A stretch of 32,000 nucleotides of DNA, taken from the NCBI GenBank assembly GCA_038823825.1, contig JAWBCC010000002.1:218630-250629 (forward strand), given 5' to 3'. A program made the position numbers and the translations under genes. Shown in pieces: positions 25,237 to 32,000 of this stretch. The notes under the pieces are model-generated. The model was not told the origin of the DNA and searched no databases. It saw nothing but the letters and a program-made list of their open reading frames with translations. The stretch comes from Candidatus Hadarchaeales archaeon (lineage in GTDB: Archaea; Hadarchaeota; Hadarchaeia; Hadarchaeales; Hadarchaeaceae). The first letter of the stretch is position 1. The number at the start of each line of letters is the position of its first letter.

Positions 25237-25956
25237 ATGGTCTTGGTAGCCAAGATATTTGACGTGATAGGGAGAGGAGATCTTTCAACCTTTGCCCAGA
25301 AGTTGAAGAATTTCAGTGAGGAAATGCCATATCAAGGAAGCAAGGGTGAGCACGTTTTGACGACCGAAATCGTTGATCTGAAGCTTGAAGGTGATGCTCT
25401 TTCAGGTATTTTCAGTAAAGATTTTGTTCTCACGAGATATTACAAGCGCGGACTCGTTGAGACGCCGGTCACGGAGGAAGTTCCGTTCTGGTTCAAGAAA
25501 TATAAAGGGAGGACGTTCTTAACCGTCTTGGCTCCCTCGAAAGCCCGAGGGGTCAAGAAACTCCTAACAAACTATGTGGCGAACAAGCTCAGCGAAATTC
25601 TCTTCATAAGAGCGGGCGGAGTAGTGGAGGCAAGAATTCCACATGAGACTCTGAGAAAACTTCACGAATCGAATCCTCAGGCAACGAAGTTGATATGGTT
25701 TGACAATGTCGACTATCCTGGGGTCGGAAAGTTAGCCTTGGCTGGTTCCGGTTTGGCGGACACAAAGCTGTATCGGGAATATCTTCAGCACGGAAAGATA
25801 TGGTATGTGGTTTTTGAAACAAAGGAGGGACTCGTCGTTGGGATCACCAGGAACTGTGTTGTCACGCTTTTCAGCCGCTCCGAGCTTAAGGATTTCATTT
25901 CTTATATCTTCAACGGGATTCTCCCTCTGATTTCCGGAAGAGAGGAAGCGGAATAG
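25237..25956 (+). CDS. Hypothetical protein (239 aa), divergent from the SMC-like operon
   Basis: Long ORF with an ATG start, no TM segment and no motif I recognise. Confidence 0.5.
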   Translation: MVLVAKIFDVIGRGDLSTFAQKLKNFSEEMPYQGSKGEHVLTTEIVDLKLEGDALSGIFSKDFVLTRYYKRGLVETPVTEEVPFWFKKYKGRTFLTVLAPSKARGVKKLLTNYVANKLSEILFIRAGGVVEARIPHETLRKLHESNPQATKLIWFDNVDYPGVGKLALAGSGLADTKLYREYLQHGKIWYVVFETKEGLVVGITRNCVVTLFSRSELKDFISYIFNGILPLISGREEAE

Positions 25957-26002
25957 TTGTAGTTTTATGCCAGAAATCTACAAGTAATCTCGGAGGGAGT
26001 GC

Positions 26003-26239
26003 TTGATAATAATAGAAATCCTTGGAACTGGGGATGCAAAATGCAGAAGGGTGGAGGACAATTGCAGAAAGGCTCTCGAAGAACTCGGGGTGAAAGGTAA
26101 GGTCGTACCGGTGTATGATGTGGATGAGATGGTTAAGAGAAAGATAACCACTTCGCCAGCTGTTCTGATAAACGGAAAGCTAGTTTCAAGCGGATCGGTA
26201 CCAAGCATACAAGAGATAAAATCTTGGTTGCGGAAATAA
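26003..26239 (+). CDS. Small thioredoxin-fold protein (Thioredoxin_3 / MTH895-like) with a degenerate active site
   Basis: 78 aa. IEILGTGDAKCRRVEDNCRKALEELG...SPAVLINGKLVSSGSVPSIQEIKSWL parallels the GTGCxxC family, but the first Cys is Asp. TTG start with a GGAGGGAG SD. Confidence 0.6.
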   Translation: MIIIEILGTGDAKCRRVEDNCRKALEELGVKGKVVPVYDVDEMVKRKITTSPAVLINGKLVSSGSVPSIQEIKSWLRK

Positions 26240-26243
26240 TCCC

Positions 26244-28208
26244 TTAGAAGAATCTTCTCAGGAATACCACGATAGTGATGATTATGATTATCGCTGCGAG
26301 TACGGCAAGAGGCATAACAAGCTCTCTCGGCGGGAGCGAAACCGGTGGAGCGGAGTAGACAATTGTTAGGATTCTCTCCGTCACATTTCCTGCAGGATCA
26401 ACGATTCTGATGCGGAAGACGTTTGTTCCCGGAGAGAGCATGAGTGTCGTGTTGAAGGAGCCGGCGCTCACCGACACTGGGTTTCCGTTTATCGTCATTC
26501 TTGATCCGGGCTCGAGTCTTCCGCTCAGGGTAATGGTGTTCGTGGACGATTCTCCGAACCAGCCAGTTGCTGTCTCTGTCAGGGCAATTCCAGTGATGGT
26601 CAGCTCAAGTGTGGACGGCGTTGTGTCTATGATTATGCGGTAGATTGCGGTTTCACTTTCTCCTCCAGTATCAACAGCTCTCACTCTGAAGATGTATTCC
26701 CCGTCCGGTAGATCGGAGTAAGATGTAGAAGTTTCTGTCGTCGCTTTCCAGCTTTCGTCATAACCGTCAAGGCGATAGTAGTACATCACTGGGCTTGGTC
26801 CGCCTACAGATGTCCATGAGAATGATGGAGAGTTTCGGGAAGTTGGAGTATCTGCTGTAATGTTGCTTGATATTTCGGGCTTCTGCGGAGGATAGAGGTC
26901 TAGCTTCGCCTGAACGGTTGAGTGTGCGGCAGGGTTGGCGTTCCCGACCCCATCCTCCAGCCATAGATATATTGTTCTTACACCCTCTCCTGGCACGGAC
27001 AGGTTTGAAATAATACCCGTTGCCGGTGCGCTCCCGTTGTAGTCTGATGGACTGGTCGGCGGGGAGTCGAATTTGTAGTATGCCATGACTACACCGGACG
27101 GATCAGGAGGATTAGTCCAAGTAAGTGTGAATGAGTTGATTTTTGTCCAGTTGTCTGGGGATATTTGGAGATTGATCGGCGCAGCTGGTGGAATCGTGTC
27201 TACTCTGAAGCTCCAGACAGATGACCATGGGCCATCGTTTCCTGCATTGTCTCTTGCCTTTACCCTCCAGTAGTATACACCGTCCGGAAGGACGGAAGTT
27301 GTGACACTGGAAGTACCTGTTGTTGACCAGACCGTAAGGGTTGTTGTGAATACGAGTGGGGCTGTGAACGTGTTCTCGTTGTCAACCTCTATCGTGTAGA
27401 CGACCGGTAGGGAGTTCTCAAAGACGTTGTTCCAGACGAGAGTGGGTGTGTTATCGTTCGTGTTCTCCCCATCGGGCGGCGAGACGAGAGATGGTGCAGC
27501 TGGTGGAATCGTGTCTACTCTGAAACTCCAGACAGACGACCATCCGCCCTCATTTCCTGCATTGTCTCTAGCTCTCACCCTCCAGTACCAGACTCCATCG
27601 GAAAGATTAGGTGTGGTCCAGTTGTTGTCAGTTATCCAGCCGGAGCTTGCGTTCTCGTACGGGAAGGTTGCATTGTCACTAACGGAGACATAATACCAAA
27701 CAGGTGGAGAGCCGTCAATCAAGCTCTGCCACTGCAGGATTGGTGTGTTATCGTTCGTGTTCTCCCCATTTATTGGGTAAATGAGGGTTGGGATTCCTAT
27801 GTACATATCGACGTCTATCGCATCAGGCTCGGTGTACGGATCCTGTTTTTCACCTCCCAAATTTATGGCATTCTCAACGATAACGTCTACGCCGGAGACC
27901 TCCTCATCAACATCGGCTATGGTGTAGTTTGCCTCGTAAGTCCTTGACGATGTCCACGCTCCAGAGTTGAATGTTAGTGTTCCGGATGCCACTATGTCCG
28001 GATCGAAAGCTATATCCGGATCAACGGAAGTATCCATATCCTCGTTGTATGTTATCGTTATCGTCAGAGTTCCTCCGTCGTCCGATTCTGTTATGAGGTT
28101 GTCGCTTATATTAACCGAAACAACCTGCGGTGCGGCCCGCGATGGACCGGCAAGTATTACCAAGGAAAGAAAGAAAAGAACAGTTGTGAAAAAAGCCATC
28201 TTCCTCAA
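26244..28208 (-). CDS. Cell-surface protein with signal peptide, FN3 / Y_Y_Y-type Ig-like repeats and a C-terminal TM anchor
   Basis: 654 aa. MRKMAFFTTVLFFLSLVILAGPSRA signal. Repeats end WYWRVRARDNAGNEGGWSSVWSFRVDTIPPAAP and YYWRVKARDNAGNDGPWSSVWSFRVDTIPPAAP. A further unit reads YYYRLDGYDESW...DGEYIFRVRAVD. C-terminal LAVLAAIIIIITIVVFLRRFF. Many N-x-S/T sequons. Confidence 0.75.
   Translation of the reverse strand: MRKMAFFTTVLFFLSLVILAGPSRAAPQVVSVNISDNLITESDDGGTLTITITYNEDMDTSVDPDIAFDPDIVASGTLTFNSGAWTSSRTYEANYTIADVDEEVSGVDVIVENAINLGGEKQDPYTEPDAIDVDMYIGIPTLIYPINGENTNDNTPILQWQSLIDGSPPVWYYVSVSDNATFPYENASSGWITDNNWTTPNLSDGVWYWRVRARDNAGNEGGWSSVWSFRVDTIPPAAPSLVSPPDGENTNDNTPTLVWNNVFENSLPVVYTIEVDNENTFTAPLVFTTTLTVWSTTGTSSVTTSVLPDGVYYWRVKARDNAGNDGPWSSVWSFRVDTIPPAAPINLQISPDNWTKINSFTLTWTNPPDPSGVVMAYYKFDSPPTSPSDYNGSAPATGIISNLSVPGEGVRTIYLWLEDGVGNANPAAHSTVQAKLDLYPPQKPEISSNITADTPTSRNSPSFSWTSVGGPSPVMYYYRLDGYDESWKATTETSTSYSDLPDGEYIFRVRAVDTGGESETAIYRIIIDTTPSTLELTITGIALTETATGWFGESSTNTITLSGRLEPGSRMTINGNPVSVSAGSFNTTLMLSPGTNVFRIRIVDPAGNVTERILTIVYSAPPVSLPPRELVMPLAVLAAIIIIITIVVFLRRFF
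27181..27769 (-). repeat. Intragenic tandem duplication (domain repeat) inside the surface-protein gene
   Basis: 27181-27270 versus 27496-27585 is about 89% identical by hand count (offset 315 nt). 27445-27472 versus 27742-27769 is 28/28 identical (offset 297 nt). Confidence 0.8.
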
Positions 28209-28406
28209 CAGTTTCTTACCATCGGAGCTGTGGGTTGGATATTTTCTAATACTATTTGTAGAATTGCAACTTGCGAGATTTTCGCAAGATTCTTTTATAC
28301 TATCCCAAGGATAGATAGATTCACCCCTTCCAGCTTAGTTTTTAAAGATATATAAATCCTCCGGCAAACCAAAATAAGCCCGAAAGCGGTGATTTATTGA
28401 GCGAGT

Positions 28407-29435
28407 ATGCTGAGAACAAGGGTCCTCTTTGGTGATATTCAGGAAACGTTGTCGGGTCTCGATCTAAAAGGGAAAGGGCTCCTCTGCTCTCGAAGAAGAC
28501 TCAACTTGAAAATCGCCGATTTGGATTTAGATCTTCTGCCCGTATCTCCCGAACCAACGATTGATGATATCAGGAAGTACCATGTGCAGATACGCGAGAA
28601 AGAGTATGACTATGTGCTTGCGATTGGCGGTGGAAGCGTTATCGACACGGCAAAAATCCTTGCAGCTCTCATGACGAACGACGGAGATCCGGCAGACTTC
28701 GTCGGCGAGGATAGGATAAAAAACGATATCAAAACGCTCATAGCTGCTCCAACTACTCACGGTTCTGGCAGTGAGGTCACAAAGTATGCTGTCATAAAAT
28801 TTAGTGACGCGAAACGCTCCGTTGTCTCCGACAAAATATGTCCGCATTTTGCGATTCTTGACGTAAATTTGGTTATGGGTCTCCCGAGAGATCTCACCCT
28901 TTACACGTCAATCGATGCTTTCTGCCACAACGTGGAGTCCTACTTCACAAAGTTTGCCACACCACTCGTCAATGTCGTCTGCGAGCAAGGCATGAAAAAA
29001 TTCTTTGAGGGGATTGATGGGGCGATGGAAGACAGCAAGCCGGCCAGAGAAAAGATGATGCTTTGCTCCCTTCTCGGCGGAATCGCGATAACTTGGGGAC
29101 AGGCATACCTTATCCATGCTCTCAGTCACGTGATCGGTGCCAGACTGGATCTACCCCACGGTATGGCCAATGCTCTCTTTCTGCCTGGTTTCATAAAATT
29201 TTTCAGAGCTCATCCAAAGATGGGGGAACTTCAAAGGGTTCTGGGTGTTGATGTCGAGAGGGAAATTGAATCCATCTATGAAAGGTATGGCGTGCGCAGT
29301 TTATCGGATTTCGTCACAGAAAACGAGGCGATGGAGATAGCCGAAGATGCATTTAAAAACAGGAGGCTTATGGGCGCGGGCCAAAGGGAAATCACACTGG
29401 AAGAACTCAAAGAAATGGTTCGTTTTTCCCTGTAA
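28407..29435 (+). CDS. Iron-containing (group III) alcohol dehydrogenase family protein
   Basis: 342 aa. AIGGGSVIDTAKILA, APTTHGSGSEVT and HALSHVIGARLDLPHGMANALFLP (metal-binding His motifs). An in-frame TGA lies 6 nt upstream of the ATG. Confidence 0.8.
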   Translation: MLRTRVLFGDIQETLSGLDLKGKGLLCSRRRLNLKIADLDLDLLPVSPEPTIDDIRKYHVQIREKEYDYVLAIGGGSVIDTAKILAALMTNDGDPADFVGEDRIKNDIKTLIAAPTTHGSGSEVTKYAVIKFSDAKRSVVSDKICPHFAILDVNLVMGLPRDLTLYTSIDAFCHNVESYFTKFATPLVNVVCEQGMKKFFEGIDGAMEDSKPAREKMMLCSLLGGIAITWGQAYLIHALSHVIGARLDLPHGMANALFLPGFIKFFRAHPKMGELQRVLGVDVEREIESIYERYGVRSLSDFVTENEAMEIAEDAFKNRRLMGAGQREITLEELKEMVRFSL

Positions 29436-29437
29436 AC

Positions 29438-30268
29438 TTATCTACTTAGATATCTTCTCGCCAGGAAGATCCCAACCGCTGAAAGTAAAACCGCCAGAAT
29501 ACCGAGATATGTTAGATCGAGCAACAGTGCTCCAGTATCCATCTCAAAAATCGTAAGCTGTCTTATCGCATCGGTTAAATAACTCACGGGATTGATCTTC
29601 GCCACGGTTTGAAGCCAAGAAGGCATCAGAGAGTTTGGGAAGAAGATGTTGCTTGTGAAGACGAGTGGAAGATTTATGAGGTTCACAACGGCCATCGGCG
29701 TTTCAATTTTGGTCGATCTGAGCGTGAAAGAAAGGAAGAGGAAGGAGAGCCCCGTGCTAAAGAGAAAGATAACCGCGTATATTCCGAAAATGTTGAGAGG
29801 TGTGAAAGTCGGGCCAAGTTTCAGCCCGAGAGCCAGAGCGGCCAACAATATGAGTGTTGCTTGAAAGATACTTCTGATCGTCGAGTTTAGAACCTTGGCG
29901 AAGATTATTGCGCTTCTGGGAACCGGTGTGCTGAGGACTTTATCCAGAAATCCCAGTCTTCTATCCCAAACAACAGACATCCCAGTGAACATAGCAGTGA
30001 AAATCACGGTGAAGGATATCATTCCGACAGCCATGTAGGAAAAGTAATCGGAGGTCCCGAATGCGCTCCTCATCATTTGGTCTCTGATTTCCGGTGGAAG
30101 GTTTGATAGAAGTGCTCCTATGTTCATAGATTTGCCGAGAAGCGCCATCCATATGAGTGGTTGAACTATCGTGACGAGAAGAATGAGCGGATCCTTCAAC
30201 CATTTCTTTATCTCTCGTCCGGTGAGGGCCCAGAGCCCGCGGATTGTGTTTTGCCGGAATTCCATCAT
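29438..30268 (-). CDS. ABC-2 type exporter permease
   Basis: 276 aa and 6 TM helices with ABC-2 family topology. ATGA overlap with the upstream ATPase gene. Confidence 0.8.
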   Translation of the reverse strand: MMEFRQNTIRGLWALTGREIKKWLKDPLILLVTIVQPLIWMALLGKSMNIGALLSNLPPEIRDQMMRSAFGTSDYFSYMAVGMISFTVIFTAMFTGMSVVWDRRLGFLDKVLSTPVPRSAIIFAKVLNSTIRSIFQATLILLAALALGLKLGPTFTPLNIFGIYAVIFLFSTGLSFLFLSFTLRSTKIETPMAVVNLINLPLVFTSNIFFPNSLMPSWLQTVAKINPVSYLTDAIRQLTIFEMDTGALLLDLTYLGILAVLLSAVGIFLARRYLSR

Positions 30269-31263
30269 GCTCTCGCTCTCCTCATGATCATCCTCAATCT
30301 GCGTGCGTCCTCTCCGGATTCCGCCGAGTCTCTCAAAGATCTCCCAGTGTAGGATAGATAGACTTCGTTCAAACTGGGCTCGGCGAGTGAAATTTTCTTT
30401 ACAGTGAAGTTCTTCTGTCTGAGCGTTTCTATGATTTGGGGAAGCGTGGTCCTCCCGAGCTCGCTCTTGATCCAGTATGTTTTGTCCTCTCTCCAGACAT
30501 CCTTGACGTGTTCAATTTGTCTGATGACTTCTGTGGCATCGGCATCCTCGCCCAGCACCAGAGTTATCATGTCTCCTCCCAAACTTTTCTTCAGCTCACC
30601 CGGGTTTCCGATGACGGCTATCTTACCCTTGTCGATTATCGCTATTCTGTCGCAGAGGGCGTCGGCTTCTTCCAAATAGTGCGTCGTCAGGAAAATCGTC
30701 ATTCCATATTCCTTTTTGAGCTGTCTGATGTAATCCCAGATCGCGTTTCTCGTCTGTATGTCTAACCCAAGCGTCGGTTCGTCAAGGAATAGGATTTTTG
30801 GTCTGTTTATCAGCCCGCATGCGAGCTCCAGCCTTCTTCTCATGCCTCCGGAGTAGGTCTCCACCTTTCTGTCTTTGAATTTTGTGAGTTCGACGAGTTC
30901 CATGAGTTCTTCTCCTCTTTGTCTTGCGATATCCTTTGGAATTCCGTACAAGTCGGCGCAGAGCATCAGGTTTTCCCATCCAGTCAGATCTTCATCAGCT
31001 GTGTACTCCTGTGGGACTACGCCGATGACCTTCCTGACCATCTCCGCCTGTTTTACTATGTCATAGCCCAAGACGGATGCTGTACCCTCGGTTGGTCTGA
31101 GGATGGTTATGAGCATGTTTATCGTGGTTGTTTTTCCTGCTCCATTTGGGCCTAGAAAACCGAAGATTTCCCCATCCAGGACGCTGAAACTTATGTGGTC
31201 GACAGCTATGACGTTTCTGTTGAAGATCTTGGTGAGTCCTTCTGCTTTTATGACTTCGTTCAT
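30265..31263 (-). CDS. ABC transporter ATP-binding protein (DrrA/CcmA-like, partner of the ABC-2 permease)
   Basis: GFLGPNGAGKTTT, YSGGMRRRLELACGL and ILFLDEPTLGLD. ATG 31263 is preceded by GAGGTGA (ORF track uses GTG 31272). Confidence 0.9.
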   Translation of the reverse strand: MNEVIKAEGLTKIFNRNVIAVDHISFSVLDGEIFGFLGPNGAGKTTTINMLITILRPTEGTASVLGYDIVKQAEMVRKVIGVVPQEYTADEDLTGWENLMLCADLYGIPKDIARQRGEELMELVELTKFKDRKVETYSGGMRRRLELACGLINRPKILFLDEPTLGLDIQTRNAIWDYIRQLKKEYGMTIFLTTHYLEEADALCDRIAIIDKGKIAVIGNPGELKKSLGGDMITLVLGEDADATEVIRQIEHVKDVWREDKTYWIKSELGRTTLPQIIETLRQKNFTVKKISLAEPSLNEVYLSYTGRSLRDSAESGEDARRLRMIMRRARA

Positions 31264-31275
31264 TTCGGTCACCTC

Positions 31276-31782
31276 TCAGATTTTTTCGATTTCTTTCGCG
31301 GTCTTCTCAAGTATTTTCAGAATTCTGTCGATTTTCTCCTCGGCATGCTCGTCTAGAGCTGCCTTGGTTACACCTTGTGCGATTCTTTTGACCGTTTTTA
31401 CCATCTCTCCGACTTTGTTTGGTGGAAGCCTCATACAGAGGGGACCGAAGAAGGGTGGAAAGCCCGCCATCATTTTCGATCTGATCGATCTGATTCTTTC
31501 GAGCAGCTTTTTCCCTTCTTTTGTGAGCTCATACCTTTTGATGCCATCCTTGCCGGTCCGTGTCTCTCTGGCATAGCCATTTTTCTTGAGATACCGGAGA
31601 AGCGGGTAGACGGAGCCCGGGAGGGGTCTCCAGGTTCCTCCGGTGATTTTTTCGATCTCGTCCATTATTTCAACACCGGACATCGGCTTTTTGCTTAGGA
31701 GCTCGAGGATCTGATATCTTAGAAAGCCTTTGGGCACGGCAGCCATGTGCCTCTGCCAGTGTTTGCCCCATCTTTCGCTCAT
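31276..31782 (-). CDS. padR: PadR-family transcriptional regulator
   Basis: GFLRYQILELLSKKPMSGVEIMDEIEKITGGTWRPLPGSVYPLLRYLKKNGYA is a PadR wHTH. ATG 31782 is preferred because the palindromic operator and TATA lie immediately upstream. Confidence 0.85.
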   Translation of the reverse strand: MSERWGKHWQRHMAAVPKGFLRYQILELLSKKPMSGVEIMDEIEKITGGTWRPLPGSVYPLLRYLKKNGYARETRTGKDGIKRYELTKEGKKLLERIRSIRSKMMAGFPPFFGPLCMRLPPNKVGEMVKTVKRIAQGVTKAALDEHAEEKIDRILKILEKTAKEIEKI

Positions 31783-31784
31783 GA

Positions 31785-31812
31785 ATATCAAATTTGATAT
31801 CAAGCTTGATAT
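31785..31812. promoter_or_regulatory. Two overlapping perfect 16-bp palindromes, a candidate PadR operator
   Basis: ATATCAAATTTGATAT (31785-31800) and ATATCAAGCTTGATAT (31797-31812) share a GATAT half-site. They sit between a TATA-like ATATATAAAT (31810-31819) and ATG 31782. Confidence 0.5.
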
Positions 31813-32000
31813 ATAAATATTGTTTTCTTATGTGTAATAAATCCGAGTCCACAAAGGGTTAAAATCACACTTCAAAAACCTTTTTTCTACTTCCCCTCTC
31901 TTTTTTCTTGGTGCTGAAGTTAACTTCCTTGATCTTACGGCTTCGCTTTCAAAGGCCCACTAGTTTACCTTACTGGATGGGATCCGCTTTTAGAGGTGGA

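Noticed and set aside
27181-27769. Direct DNA repeats that might suggest a CRISPR-like or satellite array.
   Set aside because: The repeats are in-frame protein-domain duplications inside a long ORF. The period is about 300 nt and there is no short repeat/spacer organisation.
31103-31576. 157-aa plus-strand ORF (also 31375-31698).
   Set aside because: It is antisense to the ABC ATPase and padR genes, which have clear motifs.
31853-32000. Unassigned right-end sequence (T-rich tracts; GGGCCTTTGAAAGCGAAGCC).
   Set aside because: It is too short and truncated by the window edge. I could not support an ORF, tRNA cloverleaf or box motifs.
1-32000. Search for mobile elements, integrases, toxin-antitoxin pairs, CRISPR-Cas and classical defence genes.
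   Set aside because: None were recognised. Gene content and tight operon packing look like core chromosome. The candidate novel systems are the SMC-like triad and the membrane OB operon, not a defence island.

Overview
This is a dense archaeal chromosomal segment with about 36 protein genes and one intron-containing tRNA. I saw no transposase, integrase, CRISPR array, rRNA or prophage signature. All calls come from reading the supplied ORF translations and the DNA by eye. No database search or folding program was run, so family assignments rest on remembered motifs.

Gene order, left to right:
- 3' part of A-type ATP synthase atpA, then atpB.
- Minus-strand operon: radical-SAM/SPASM enzyme, tRNA-splicing endonuclease endA, trpS.
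- An unannotated 37-40 aa cysteine-rich zinc-finger mini-ORF.
- speH and bpsA (branched-chain polyamine synthesis, a thermophile hallmark).
- tRNA-Trp(CCA) with a 54-nt intron carrying a box C/D guide.
- A tight four-gene minus-strand membrane operon: two paralogous zinc-ribbon/TM/OB-fold-array proteins, a DUF112/TctA-like permease, and a DUF457/YdjM-like membrane metal hydrolase.
- A DUF429 protein.
- A geranylgeranyl-reductase-family flavoprotein coupled to a divergent TFB paralog.
- An anchored secreted protein.
- pstSCAB with a divergent AbrB-PhoU regulator.
- Mut7-C and AMMECR1 genes.
- A three-gene operon: short hinge-less SMC-like ATPase, kleisin, tandem-winged-helix kite protein.
- An unknown 239-aa protein, a thioredoxin-fold protein with a degenerate CxxC, and a 654-aa FN3/Y_Y_Y-repeat surface protein.
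- Fe-alcohol dehydrogenase.
- padR plus an ABC-2 exporter.

Best candidates for an undescribed system:
1. The miniature Smc5/6-flavoured SMC-kleisin-kite triad (21971-25177).
2. The ZnR-TM-OB / DUF112 / DUF457 membrane operon (7661-12455). Its parts mirror the three modules of bacterial ComEC.
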